Counted from the stretch's first letter, positions 19,946-30,872 are shown. The stretch is 64,000 nt of DNA from Nitrospirota bacterium (GCA_963751455.1 CAVVUN010000012.1:224001-288000), one strand, 5' to 3'. The notes: generated from the letters alone by a model not told the origin. Numbers and translations are program-made.

Positions 19946-20239
19946 CGTTCAACTGACGCATGCCGAGAGCAAGGTTGCCGTCCGGAGTCTCGATGAGAAG
20001 ATGATAATGGTTGGTCATGAGACAGTAGGCATGACAAATCCAGTTGTAGCGTTTGTTGACGTGCTGAAGCGTGTTCAAAAAGTTCTGACGGTCCGCGTCA
20101 CTCTTAAAGACGGGCTTTTTCTCGTTTCCACGGGAGGTGACATGATAGACTGCGCCGGGGTATTCGATGCGGAGAGGACGGGCCATGGAGCAACTATAGC
20201 AGAAAGTGGACACAATGACAAGAAAGTAGACCTGACCCT
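19923..20239 (-). mobile_element. 317-bp internally deleted RAYT mini-element with a 17-bp perfect inverted repeat
   Basis: AGGGTCAGGTCTACTTT (19923-19939) / AAAGTAGACCTGACCCT (20223-20239); contains MARPLRIEYPGAVYHVTSRGN..AYCLMTNHYHLL..QLNGV* (19938-20186) with the HUH motif. Confidence 0.88.
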
Positions 20240-20284
20240 GAAAGTTGCTTCCCATCAATAAGCAGCAAGACAAAGCCCATCATA

Positions 20285-20311
20285 AAAAAAGCGGGGCCGA
20301 AGCCCCGCTTT
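20285..20311 (-). terminator. Rho-independent terminator
   Basis: aaagcggggc-cgaa-gccccgcttt hairpin with a T-tract on the minus strand. Confidence 0.85.
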
Positions 20312-20335
20312 CATGAAGCTGCAACTATTAATGAA

Positions 20336-23300
20336 TTATTTTCTTTGATCGTGGGGGACAATCACGGTCGCCGTCTCAGTCGACTGATTCCCCGCCCTGT
20401 CGGTAACAACGGCAGTAATCGTATATACTCTGCCGTCTTTGTCCGTCCCTTCACGCCACGCTTCGAGTGCGATGAAACTATTGAACCCGCTTATTGATGG
20501 CTGTACCAGGCCGTATTCATCGGTAACGGTAAATACGATCGATTCAATGCCTGAATCCGTATCAATGACTCCTCCGTTTATTTTTACGTTTACCATCTTA
20601 TGGTTCGGCGGCCAGAGTATATTTGTTGACGGGAAGAGATCTATTTCGGGTTTTGCTTTGTCGATCTTCACCGTAACCGTTGCATCCTTCGAATTGCCCG
20701 CCTTATCGGTAGCTGTGACGGTTATGGTGTGCTCCGCGTCGGTATTAAACGTTTGCGGTTCGGGGCAGGTGTCGATGCCCGATCCGCCCGTGTTGTCAGT
20801 GCAGGTGAAAGTCACCGTTACATCAGTGTTGTTCCATCCGTTTGCGTTCGGAGAAGGTGATATCGAAGGAGTGATCACGGGCTTTGTTTTGTCGATGTTC
20901 ACAGTTACCGTCTCATCTCCTGTGTTGCCGGCTTTATCGTGAGCCGTGATGGTTATGACATGCCGCCCGTCTGTGGTAAGGGTTAGCGGTTCCGGGCAAG
21001 TGTCGATGCCCGATCCGCCCGTGTTGTCAGTGCAGGTGAAAGTCACCGTTACATCAGTGTTGCTCCATCCGTTTGCGTTCGGAGACGGTGATATCGAAGG
21101 AGTGATCACGGGCTTTGTTTTGTCGATGTTCACAGTTACCGTCTCATCTCCTGTGTTGCCGGCTTTATCGTGAGCCGTGACGGTTATGACATGCCGCCCG
21201 TCTGTGGTAAGGGTTAGCGGTTCCGGGCAAGTGTCGATGCCTGATCCGCCGATGTTGTCGGTGCAGGTGAAAGTCACGGTTACATCGGTGTTGTTCCAAC
21301 CGAAGCTATTAGGGGCGGGAACTGCCGATGGCGTGATCGTCGGCGGCGTCTTGTCGATGTTTACCATGATCGATGTGTCAGCCGAATTATCCGCGTTGTC
21401 CTTTGCATGGCCGGGTATGACAGTTCCCGTGACCTCGGTCGTAAGATGAACGGGGGACGTACAGGTATCTATGTCCGACCGGTCATCCTTGCATTCGAAA
21501 CTCACCGTAACATCCGAATTATTCCAGCCGTTCCTGTTCGGATCGGGCGAAATCTTCGGGTCGATTGAGGGAGGCGTCTTGTCGATGCTCACAGTAGTCG
21601 AGCCGGAACCAGGATTGCCCGCCTTATCAGCCCCTGCTCCGGTCACCGTTTGATTGCTGACTTCATTCGTGACCGTCACACGTTGAGCACACGTTGCAAT
21701 GCCGGACAGCGTGTCGTCGCAATGGAAGCCGACTGTTACATCAGTCTTGTTCCATCCTTTCCCATTGGGAAGAGGATCCTTATCCGCGGTAACCGTGGGC
21801 GGGGTTTTATCTATTTTGACCGGCCTGGAGTCAACGTCTTCCTGGTTGCCGGCGTTGTCTTTCGCATTAAAGAAAACGATATGAGCGCCTTCCGAGGCAA
21901 GGGTAAAGGATATTTCGTCTCCCGCTTTCTTGATCTCCGCAGCTTGATCTATGCGGTACGCGATCTCTCTGACACCCGATCCGGAATCCGATGCGTTTAA
22001 AGAGAAGATCACATCGGAAGAATACCAATTCTCCATTCCGGACGTGCCGCTGATCAAAGGCGTCGTGTCCGGCGGTATTGTATCCCGGACCGTGATCGTA
22101 ACCGTATCGGATGCCGTCTCCAATCCGATTGACACCGTAAGAGTCACTGTTGTGGTGCCGGCGGATAGCAGGACTGCCGGATTTGCACCAGCCGCAGACC
22201 CGCCGGGCCAGGACCATGCGTAGATCATGTCTCCCGTACATCCTTCCTGTGTCGCCGAGCCGTTCAGCTCAACGGTCGCGCCGTCCGAAGAGGTCTGTTC
22301 CACAAACTGATCGGGACCCGCATGCGCGGTAACTACACAGCTCTGAAAGCCTGCAAAAACCTGCACATTATTGTTATACGGATTCGAATCGGTGATAAAT
22401 ACCTTTTTCCCGTCCGGTGAAACTGCTATGCCGTAGGGAGTATTAAACTGTCCATCGCCCGCACCTTGCGAGCCCCACTTCCCCAAATAATTCCCCATGC
22501 TATCGAAAACCTGCGCTCTGTAGTGGCCGGCATCGATTACATAAAGATTCCCTGCGTAATCCACTGTCAGACCGGAAGGGCGAAGAAACTGTCCATCGCC
22601 GCTTCCCGACGATCCGACGGTTCTCAGAAAAGTTCCCGTGTCGGAATAAACCTTGATGGTGTTATCTGCACTGCTCAAGTAGACGTTGTTTCGTGCGTCC
22701 AGGGCGATGAACGAACTGACGCCAGTTCCCCATGCGCTCAGTAAATTTCCGCCGGTATCGAGAATCACAAGCTTGCCGCCGTCACTTACGAATATATTAT
22801 CATTTGAATCTATTGCTACCCCGGTTGGATTCGAAAATGCAGTTTCATCGGCGCCGTAAGAGGTCCATTTTGCTTTGAATGTGCAGGTATTGTCGAATAC
22901 CTGTACTCTCTTGTTCTCTCTATCGGTCACGTACACGTTTCCATTCGAATCCAGCGTTACTTGAGCAGGTGATCTAAATTGCCCATCGCCTGTCCCGCCG
23001 GGATATTCTGATCCGCACGTATGGATGAATCCGCCGGTACTGTCGAAAACCTGCACTCTGTTCTTGCCGGTATCAACTACGTACACGTTTCCGTTCATGT
23101 CGGTAGCAACACCCTGGGGCTGCTTCAAAATGCCATCGCCCATTATATGATGCCACATTCTTATGTAGGACCCCTCATTGGTGAAAAGCTGGACATTCTG
23201 GTAATCCGTCACATAGACGTTTCCTGATGAATTAACGGCTATGCCTGCGGGATGCGCAAACTGTCCTGCCAGGTTGCCTTGAGATCCCCATTTTCTGAGG

Positions 23301-24100
23301 AATGTACCGTCGCTGTTAAAAACCTCCACGCGGTATTTCGTATGATCCGTAACAAAAACATTGCCGTTTGAATCAACCGCGACGCCTTCCGGATATCCCA
23401 ATTGATTATCGCCGGTACCACTCCATTTCTTGATAAAATTACCCTCACTATCAAAAACCTGTATCCTCTTGTTGCCGGAATCAGCTACGTACACGTATCC
23501 GCTTTGGTCCACAGCAATGCCTCTCGGAACTATAAAATCGCCGTCATCGATGCCGTATTCACCCCATCTCCGCAGGAATTTACCGTCAGCATCAAAGACC
23601 TGTACATAGTCGTTTCCCGAGTCGGTCACATAAACATTATCATTTGCATCTATGGCAATCCCGTTCGGCTGATAAAATTTCCCGTCCCCTTTGCCCATAG
23701 AACCCCATTCTCTCAGGAACTCGCCCGTTCTGCTGAAGACCTTTATCCGGATATATGCCGACATATTGCCGCCGCTCGTGACGTACACGTCTCCTTTCGA
23801 ATCCACTGCGATGCCTCTGGGGATCGCATATTTGCCGAACCCTCCCCATGTTCTTAATAACCTGCCTTTATTGTCGAAAGCCGTCACTTGCTTGGCGGAA
23901 TAATCGATTACGAACATATTGCCGTTTGAATCGACCGCGACTCCGTTTGCATAGAAAAAGGTATAGTCTTCGACACCCCATTTATATAAAAAATCGCCTG
24001 GTGCGGCATGGACCGGCGGACAAAGGAACGCTAGGAACAATGTGAAAAGAAAGATGAAACGAGATACCCGATATCTATACATAGCTGTGATGGTCAACAT
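20336..24100 (-). CDS. Secreted NHL-repeat beta-propeller protein with PKD/Ig-like stalk and LWPPNHKM-type C-terminal domain
   Basis: Signal peptide; about 12 P.G(I/V)A(V/I)D..GNVYV.D repeats; repeated GWNNTDVTVTFTC..SGI..CP modules, including near-identical 231-bp units. Confidence 0.9.
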   Translation of the reverse strand: MLTITAMYRYRVSRFIFLFTLFLAFLCPPVHAAPGDFLYKWGVEDYTFFYANGVAVDSNGNMFVIDYSAKQVTAFDNKGRLLRTWGGFGKYAIPRGIAVDSKGDVYVTSGGNMSAYIRIKVFSRTGEFLREWGSMGKGDGKFYQPNGIAIDANDNVYVTDSGNDYVQVFDADGKFLRRWGEYGIDDGDFIVPRGIAVDQSGYVYVADSGNKRIQVFDSEGNFIKKWSGTGDNQLGYPEGVAVDSNGNVFVTDHTKYRVEVFNSDGTFLRKWGSQGNLAGQFAHPAGIAVNSSGNVYVTDYQNVQLFTNEGSYIRMWHHIMGDGILKQPQGVATDMNGNVYVVDTGKNRVQVFDSTGGFIHTCGSEYPGGTGDGQFRSPAQVTLDSNGNVYVTDRENKRVQVFDNTCTFKAKWTSYGADETAFSNPTGVAIDSNDNIFVSDGGKLVILDTGGNLLSAWGTGVSSFIALDARNNVYLSSADNTIKVYSDTGTFLRTVGSSGSGDGQFLRPSGLTVDYAGNLYVIDAGHYRAQVFDSMGNYLGKWGSQGAGDGQFNTPYGIAVSPDGKKVFITDSNPYNNNVQVFAGFQSCVVTAHAGPDQFVEQTSSDGATVELNGSATQEGCTGDMIYAWSWPGGSAAGANPAVLLSAGTTTVTLTVSIGLETASDTVTITVRDTIPPDTTPLISGTSGMENWYSSDVIFSLNASDSGSGVREIAYRIDQAAEIKKAGDEISFTLASEGAHIVFFNAKDNAGNQEDVDSRPVKIDKTPPTVTADKDPLPNGKGWNKTDVTVGFHCDDTLSGIATCAQRVTVTNEVSNQTVTGAGADKAGNPGSGSTTVSIDKTPPSIDPKISPDPNRNGWNNSDVTVSFECKDDRSDIDTCTSPVHLTTEVTGTVIPGHAKDNADNSADTSIMVNIDKTPPTITPSAVPAPNSFGWNNTDVTVTFTCTDNIGGSGIDTCPEPLTLTTDGRHVITVTAHDKAGNTGDETVTVNIDKTKPVITPSISPSPNANGWSNTDVTVTFTCTDNTGGSGIDTCPEPLTLTTDGRHVITITAHDKAGNTGDETVTVNIDKTKPVITPSISPSPNANGWNNTDVTVTFTCTDNTGGSGIDTCPEPQTFNTDAEHTITVTATDKAGNSKDATVTVKIDKAKPEIDLFPSTNILWPPNHKMVNVKINGGVIDTDSGIESIVFTVTDEYGLVQPSISGFNSFIALEAWREGTDKDGRVYTITAVVTDRAGNQSTETATVIVPHDQRK

Positions 24101-25683
24101 ATGATCCTCCCGGGGAAAGAAATTTTGCAGACTCTCAACTGCTGTTTTAAAATAGAAATTTTACTAATTGAAAGACAATCAGAAAATCCCGATTTCCGGG
24201 CGCCAAAGATTTTTAGCAATAATAAAATACGGAAAGATAGTTAAGGTAAGATTGAAAAAGAATTTATTACAAACTCGAACAATAAAAATTATACGCAAGA
24301 GAAAATTGGAAGTCAACATAATTTTATTTGTAATTTCCATAAAAAATGTACCAAAACTGAAACAAAATTTCTTTGTTCCCGAGGGGGATTTCCGGAAAGA
24401 ACTTTGGGGAACGTTGGTTCTCAAAATGCTTTCCTCCGTTTTCATTTTGATAGATGAATTGCTGGGAGGTGTTCGGCGACATGGAAAAACTTCTCAAGGT
24501 GTTCTCCCGAGGCTACTACGCTGAGTTCCGAGTTTCAATTTCCAAGCTTAATTGTGCTAATGAGGCGAGAATACTATTTTTAAGAGAAAGGGGCAAGGGA
24601 AAGTTAAAGCAGACGTGAGACGACAATTAGTCGACCAAGAAGCGACACACTGCACTCCCGCTAGTGCAGTCGTAACCGACTGGGTTGCAGGCGAGGTGAT
24701 GGGGTGACGCCGAGCGTTACGAATGCACCTTCGCCACCTGGTGAGTTCCCTTCGGCAGGAGCCGGTGCCTTCCTTTGCAAGTCGCGGGATTCAATCCGGC
24801 TAAGCCGCACGCCGTATTGGGCTTAATTTCTTTTTGACCTCTCTTGCCGAGCACTTTGTCTTCGATCGGCTTTTTCCATCCGGACCCGGATGAGAGTCTT
24901 TGTCGCTCAGGCAACGAACATGGCCAAAGGAACGTAACGTAGTACTGCGGAATTGATTTTCATAAGTTTGACCTCCTGGCGCATTTCCCGGCGCCTTATG
25001 CTTCTGAATTTAGCGCTCATCGGAGGCGAGTCAATTGACCCAATGTATTAGCCGGCCGTGGGCTTTTGACCCGACGAAAGACAAGGAGGATAAGCCAACA
25101 GATTTTCGCCGCGTGCATCTTCTGAGGAGATCCGCCAGCAGCTGAATACGCCCTATAATGCGACCTCCCCGCGACTGACCCCTTCCCCGTCCAAAGCCGG
25201 GATCATATGTCGCAGCGGGATTGGGTCACTTTCTTGCCCTGACGCAGGTTTTAGCGTCGCTTAGGGTTCTCGCGCCCAGCGGGTGCGAGAGCGCAGGATG
25301 GCACGCAAGAAAGGCGACAAAAAGAGCTGTGAAGAATGAGAAATGCAAAAAGTTCCACTCATTATGGAGAAGAGCCAAAAGAAAAGATCTCGAACATCAA
25401 GGCATGAAGTTCAGCCTGTATTCGCGCTTTGGCTCATGTTCACTGGCCGCAAGCAAGATCCTTATCTTTTTCGCACCAGCCGCTCGCAGCACCACCCAGA
25501 CATGCCAAAGACTCAGAACCCGATTGTCTGCGGACTCCTCGGACACGCGATTACATCGCTGATATTCTGCATATCCAGATACTGGATATCGGGGTCGGGC
25601 CACGCTAAACTACTGGTTTTCAAAAATTTATCATTCCAATAATAGGCATTTTCTTAAAGATTCTCCCTTCAATTGAAGCGCCC

Positions 25684-27120
25684 TTACCCCGCCGGCTGAG
25701 GCACCGATCCTGAGTAAAACGGCGCGCACTTTTCTCGCTGAATGAATTTCCTCGCGCTCTTGAGGGCGTTTGACATTGGCCCGGTAATTGACTTAAGCGC
25801 GCTTGCCTCGATCTCCGGCTTGAGCAATGGTCCATGCACTTTCTGCCTGTACACAGCGCACCCCCGCTTATCAAGCACTGCTACGGATGTGTCAATAAGC
25901 CGGTCGTTGACGAGATTCAATCCTCCCCTCATGGCGATCCTGTGCTTGTTTGAAGCAAGGGCCACATCCGACGCTTCCGCAATGCCGTGATCGACTTTCC
26001 AGATTGCAACGAGTTTTTTGATGCTCCCTTCTCCGCCTCGTGACTCTTCGTGATACAGACGTCCGAAATTATAGCTCTTGGTGAGCAACGGTCCGAACGG
26101 GCCCGCAAGTAAGAACGCCCCGGCGTCCACAAGGTTGAAGTTCTGGCAGCGCTTGAATTTTGAGACAAGGGCATCGATATTGGCGCCGGAGAACGTAACA
26201 TTTTCGCCTTTCAGGGAAACGTCGCCGCTGAGCGACCGTTTCATCTCATCCATGCTCTTCCCCTTTGCAGTCAGGTTCGCGGAAAAGTCCGTCAGCCCTT
26301 CTATGGTTTTTGCAGGGATGTTTTTGGGCGAGAATTCCCGGATAAGATCTGCGATTCTGAACCGGCTGAGAGCACAGAACACCCGGTAACGAGGGGCTGC
26401 ACCCGTCGCGTCCAGGTGCAAGCTCCCTTTCCCGCTCCCCCCGAAAACGTTCATCCTGGCCCGTTCGATATCGAACATTCCCCTTCTTCCTGTTATTTTC
26501 ATCGCGATGTTCGATACGGCGAGGTTGTTGCTCTTGACTGTCCTGCACCTGATATCCCCGGTGAATGAAATGTTCCTGAGCAGCTCCGCTGAATCCGACC
26601 CGCTGTATGAAACGTTTCGGAGGGTCAGATCAAGGCGTTCCGCTTCAATCTTTTCTCCGGATAACTTATCTGTAAAAACAAGCGTCCCCTGAAAGATGGA
26701 CGACGCCGGTATCGAAAGCGGTTTTTCCGACGGCGCCGGCCCTGGTTTGTCAAAATTGAACGTTCCGTTCCGGTAACGGACTACGGACATGGCCGGCCTC
26801 ACGAACTCGACCCGTCGTATCCGGACTTCGCCCCGCACGAGGGGAATGAGTTCCAGGCAGATCGTCATCTTCTCAATAGTGGCGACATTGGTTCCCTTGT
26901 TTCGGACGCTGACGTCCTCCATCGATATCGCGAACCCGGGAGTAAAAACGATGCCCATCCTGCCGTTGATCCGGACATCCATTCCCGCAGCCTGCGAGGC
27001 AGCTGCTTCGACCTGCGGTTTAAAGGTTTTGATTTCGAGCAGGAGAGCCGCGATGATCGCTGCAACAAGGACGATTACGATCGTTGCTATAAATATTATT
27101 TTTTTCTTCTGTACTATCAT
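25684..27120 (-). CDS. AsmA family protein
   Basis: N-terminal TM, KPQVEAAASQAAG.DVRI.G, C-terminal AsmA-like beta repeats. Confidence 0.8.
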   Translation of the reverse strand: MIVQKKKIIFIATIVIVLVAAIIAALLLEIKTFKPQVEAAASQAAGMDVRINGRMGIVFTPGFAISMEDVSVRNKGTNVATIEKMTICLELIPLVRGEVRIRRVEFVRPAMSVVRYRNGTFNFDKPGPAPSEKPLSIPASSIFQGTLVFTDKLSGEKIEAERLDLTLRNVSYSGSDSAELLRNISFTGDIRCRTVKSNNLAVSNIAMKITGRRGMFDIERARMNVFGGSGKGSLHLDATGAAPRYRVFCALSRFRIADLIREFSPKNIPAKTIEGLTDFSANLTAKGKSMDEMKRSLSGDVSLKGENVTFSGANIDALVSKFKRCQNFNLVDAGAFLLAGPFGPLLTKSYNFGRLYHEESRGGEGSIKKLVAIWKVDHGIAEASDVALASNKHRIAMRGGLNLVNDRLIDTSVAVLDKRGCAVYRQKVHGPLLKPEIEASALKSITGPMSNALKSARKFIQREKCAPFYSGSVPQPAG

Positions 27121-27471
27121 TTTTCACATTCGTCGAACTTGACAACGTAAATTTTGATTTGACGTTGGAATGGGTAGCGAGAGGGCGCAATGCGGACCTC
27201 CTGCAAAACTGCAGTTGATGTTATTTTACGGGCGGGTTAGGGGAAAGTATGTGATTTTGATTACGGAGGTCGCTGATATTTTTCCGGGAACAGGTGGTTG
27301 AGATAAAAGGGCTCATAGGACATAATGACATTCCGGACACGACATCCCAAAGTTCCCCATGGCGGGAATAGTTACGGACAGGATTTTGTCGGGGGTCAGC
27401 GTAACCTTCCCCCGATCCTGTCCGCCTCGAAGTTTTCTCACGCTGCATGGACGATTCTTCTCAGTGATCGG

Positions 27472-28163
27472 CTAGTTCCCAGGCGAAGAAACACCTCCCG
27501 TCGCCGCTCCTATCTCGCCTATTTGAGCATGCGCCTGTTCGGCGGCAGCCAACATCGGTTGCGCGTCAGTTATTATCTGCTGGCCGTCATTAATCGTTTT
27601 TTGGACAACAGAACTGATCGCATCGACTCCTGAAGCTGACAGGTCATTCGATAGATAGGTTTTTATCTGCTTGAGCTGAGACAGATAGGTGTTAACCTGG
27701 GCTTTTACTCCCCAGCTGGGTCCCGCTATTTGGCTGAACGTGTCCATGAGCTGGGAGCGTCTCTCGTCACTGAGCTGCTGTATCTGGGGATTAGTGTATG
27801 TATCGCCCGACTTACTCCACTCTGCGAAGTAGTCAATACCTCTTGCCGTCATCTGGTCACTGTCCTTGATGAACGCTGCTGCGGCTTTATCCATTTGCGA
27901 AACATTTATCGAATATGCATCGAAAGCAGTTTTCGCGGCAGGTGTACCTTTCAACTGGATTACCCGATTCAGGGACGCGTTTGTCGTGTTAATCTGTGAC
28001 GTCATTGCCTCATTGCCCTGATATCGCCTTCGACTGCCTCAATCGAGGTTGTGGTTTTTTCCGCACTCGTCTGGACGGGCGGTGTCTTCTTTTCTGCACA
28101 GCTTCCGACAAGCAAGACAGAAACGAGGAGAAGCATTATCGTTATCTCTCTTCGGACTATCAT
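27472..28163 (-). pseudogene. Second DUF2959-like lipoprotein copy, frameshifted by an 8-bp tandem duplication
   Basis: Paralog of 2118..2834; TCATTGCC duplicated at 28002-28017 splits the ORF. Confidence 0.85.
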
Positions 28164-28379
28164 GATTGATCTCCTTTCCTTAAATGTATTTCCATTAATC
28201 AAATTCTGCGAAATACATCCATGCCTTATGGAAAACGTCATCCTACCCATATTATGACACCGCTGCCTGTAAGACGTCTTATGTCGTACAGATGCTCTCA
28301 TAACCCCAATATTTGCCGCAATCAAAGTCGAGCATGAAGATCATAACGCTCCGACAAAAGTATTTGCGCATTAAGGTTC

Positions 28380-28624
28380 ACTGGCAATCACGCCGCCCGG
28401 GGGGAGGCTTCGTCCGGAGGAAAGGTCAAGTACATCCTCAATCAGCCGGTAAATCCAGGAAATCTTCATCACCGTTCCGCCTGGGATCAGAGAGGGGCAG
28501 AAGATCAAACTCAAAGGTCTGGGTGAAGAGGGAAAGCACGGGGGTGAAGCGGGCGATCTTTTTCTCAAGGTCAAGAATTCGACGGCCGCTTTTTGAAAGG
28601 GTAAAAGGAATATTGAGGGGATGA
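28380..28624 (+). pseudogene. DnaJ C-terminal domain remnant
   Basis: IFITVPPGIREGQKIKLKGLGEEGKHGGEAGDLFLKV; frameshifts, no start. Confidence 0.75.
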
Positions 28625-28816
28625 GTCAAACATTACAGACCTGCCTCTATTGATTCTAAGATGCTCCCCGTTTAAACAAAAGTCCAACAGTATGGACCTG
28701 ACCCCAGGGTTGTTTTGAATGGATATTATGAATGCAGACGATGAAGTCAACGCAAAAAAAGCAAATATAAACATTAAAGACCCTGACCCGATATATTCTC
28801 CTCAGGGAGGTATCGA

Positions 28817-28955
28817 ATGGCTGTATGGTTTCCTTTACTGAAAGCTTCGCTTCCTTACATAACGCAATTGGTAACAGCAGCGATCCCTGCTTTTATCTCT
28901 AAATCCACCACTGAAAAAGATGCGGACATTGTCCCAAAGCAAATCGCAGAACTCA
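28817..28955 (+). pseudogene. N-terminal fragment of a hypothetical protein
   Basis: RBS GGAGG, MAVWFPLLKASLPYITQLVTAAIPAF..KQIAEL, then apparently unrelated sequence; starts right after the stacked end motifs. Confidence 0.45.
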
Positions 28956-29060
28956 GTGAAGGCGTTGGCTGCAAGGCACTATCCCGCTTCCTGCTACTTT
29001 TCCTGCATTGACAGAAAAGGATCCCTTTGCTTTATATGAAGAAGGGAAAGGAGATATGTC

Positions 29061-29495
29061 ATGACCGAGCAGGAAAAAAATATAGAGATTGTGAAAGATA
29101 TGTTCTCCGCGTACGGCAGGAAAGACCTGAAGACTCTCGTTGCCCATGTGGCGGAAGACAAGGTCGACTGGAAGTGCCCCGTGACCGGCGATATCTCCGG
29201 CATGGGCTTCGCGAAACCCCGGCACAACCGGCATGAGGTGGAAAGCTTTTTCAAGGAATTCCTGGACGCGGTCGAGCCTATCGAAGAAAAGCCCGTGCGC
29301 TTCACCGCCCAGGATGACCGCGTGATCGTGGAAGGGATCGAGCACAGCAAGGTCAGGTCCACGGGCGTCGAATACAAGGCCGACTTCGTGATGGTGATCG
29401 AGCTGAAGGATGGGAAAGTGACGCAGTTTCACTATTACCTGGACACGGAAGATATGAGGCGGGCGCTGCGGGGGGAAGTCAGCAAGGCGGCCTGA
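29061..29495 (+). CDS. SnoaL/NTF2-like protein
   Basis: NIEIVKDMFSAYGRKD..DRVIVEG..KDGKVTQFHYYLDT. Confidence 0.88.
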   Translation: MTEQEKNIEIVKDMFSAYGRKDLKTLVAHVAEDKVDWKCPVTGDISGMGFAKPRHNRHEVESFFKEFLDAVEPIEEKPVRFTAQDDRVIVEGIEHSKVRSTGVEYKADFVMVIELKDGKVTQFHYYLDTEDMRRALRGEVSKAA

Positions 29496-29571
29496 CAACG
29501 AACGCGAGGCCGGCAAAATCAACTTAAAGGAAAAGGAGAGGGATTATCCCTTAAAACAGTATGAAGAACAG

Positions 29572-29956
29572 AGAACAAATATATAAAGAGATGGAAGAGA
29601 AGCTCGGGCTCGTCCCGGGTTTCCTCAAAACAATTCCGGACTCGACTCTTGAGCATGAGTGGGAGCTTTTCAAGGAAATACAGCTCGGGGATGGCGCAGT
29701 CCCGAACAAATACCGCGAGCTTATAGGCTTGGGGATATCGGCAGTTTCCAAATGCAGTTACTGCACGCTCTACCATACCGAGATGGCGAAGCTGTTCGGC
29801 GCTACCGATAAGGAAATTGAGGAGGCCGTGCATTATGCCAAGGCAAGCGCCGGGTGGAGCGCATACTTGAACGGCATGCAGGTCGATCATGAACAGTTCA
29901 GGGACGAACTGAGGCGCGCCGGAGAACATGTTAAGAAAATGAAGAAAGCCGCGTGA
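29572..29956 (+). CDS. Carboxymuconolactone decarboxylase/AhpD family protein
   Basis: KYRELIGLGISAVSKCSYCTLYH (CxxC); ATG at 29572. Confidence 0.88.
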
Positions 29957-30383
29957 CCACACCATTAAAGAGCGAGGCCAGAAAGGAACTCTGAGCATTT
30001 ACCCTGTGCTCAGGGTTCCTTTTGTCCAACCGTGACAGCAAGAGAAAATAATCCGGAATTTCATGGATAACCATATCGACATTGACTTTAAAAAGACTAT
30101 TGTGATTAAGAGGAAGAGAAGTTGAAGCGATCCGGGAAGTTCCGCTCGGATAAAGCAATCTTCGGACAGCAGAAAAGATTTCACTACTATGCACGTTGAC
30201 TCAAGTGAAACGGCTATCGATTAAGAATTGAAGGATGAGAAAAACCCCAGCTATTCTCTAGCCATTTCGGTCACTACGTCCGCAACGGCGTCCCCGGTCG
30301 AACCGCCAGATTACCAATGTTCTTCCTCTGGAATCTTCCGTCCCCAAAGTTCTTCAGGCCTCACAGTCTCCGCGTCAGTCTCA

Positions 30384-30872
30384 TCACGCTGCTTCCCGCT
30401 GATCATAGGCCTGCTGCAGCTTCTTCATGTCGAGCTTGGTCATTTTGAGCACCGCCTTCATGACCCGCTTCGCTCCCTCCCTGTCCTTCATCAGCTCTCC
30501 GAGAACAGCGGGGGCGACCTGCCACGACACGCCGTACTTATCTTTCAACCAGCCGCAAACGTTCTTCTCTCCGCCCTCGGACAGCTTCTCCCAGAGCAGG
30601 TCGATCTCTTCCTGCGTATCGCACTTGATCATGAACGAGATCGCCGGCGAGAAGGAAAATGTCGGACCGCCGTTCAGAGCCATAAAATCCTGCCCATTCA
30701 GATGGAACTCGACGGTCATCACCGACCCGGCAGGCATACCCGCCGCTGCTGCGGCCTCCTCGGTGTAGCGGGTGGTCGTGATGATCTTCGAATTCTTGAT
30801 AAGGGAAACATAGAATTTTACGGCTTCTTCGGCCTGGGTATCAAACCATAAGAAGGGGGTAATGTTCTTCAT
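30384..30872 (-). CDS. VOC/PhnB-like (3-demethylubiquinone-9 3-methyltransferase family) protein
   Basis: ITPFLWFD, ALNGGP.F, CGWLKDKYGVSWQ. Confidence 0.92.
   Translation of the reverse strand: MKNITPFLWFDTQAEEAVKFYVSLIKNSKIITTTRYTEEAAAAAGMPAGSVMTVEFHLNGQDFMALNGGPTFSFSPAISFMIKCDTQEEIDLLWEKLSEGGEKNVCGWLKDKYGVSWQVAPAVLGELMKDREGAKRVMKAVLKMTKLDMKKLQQAYDQREAA

Noticed and set aside
24717-25500. Short ORFs and fragments between the NHL gene and AsmA
   Set aside because: Interrupted by stops with no recognisable family; probably decayed gene debris, so not annotated.
28625-28790. CRISPR mini-array
   Set aside because: The repeats are too divergent, spacer lengths are unequal and there are no cas genes; they match transposase-end motifs instead.
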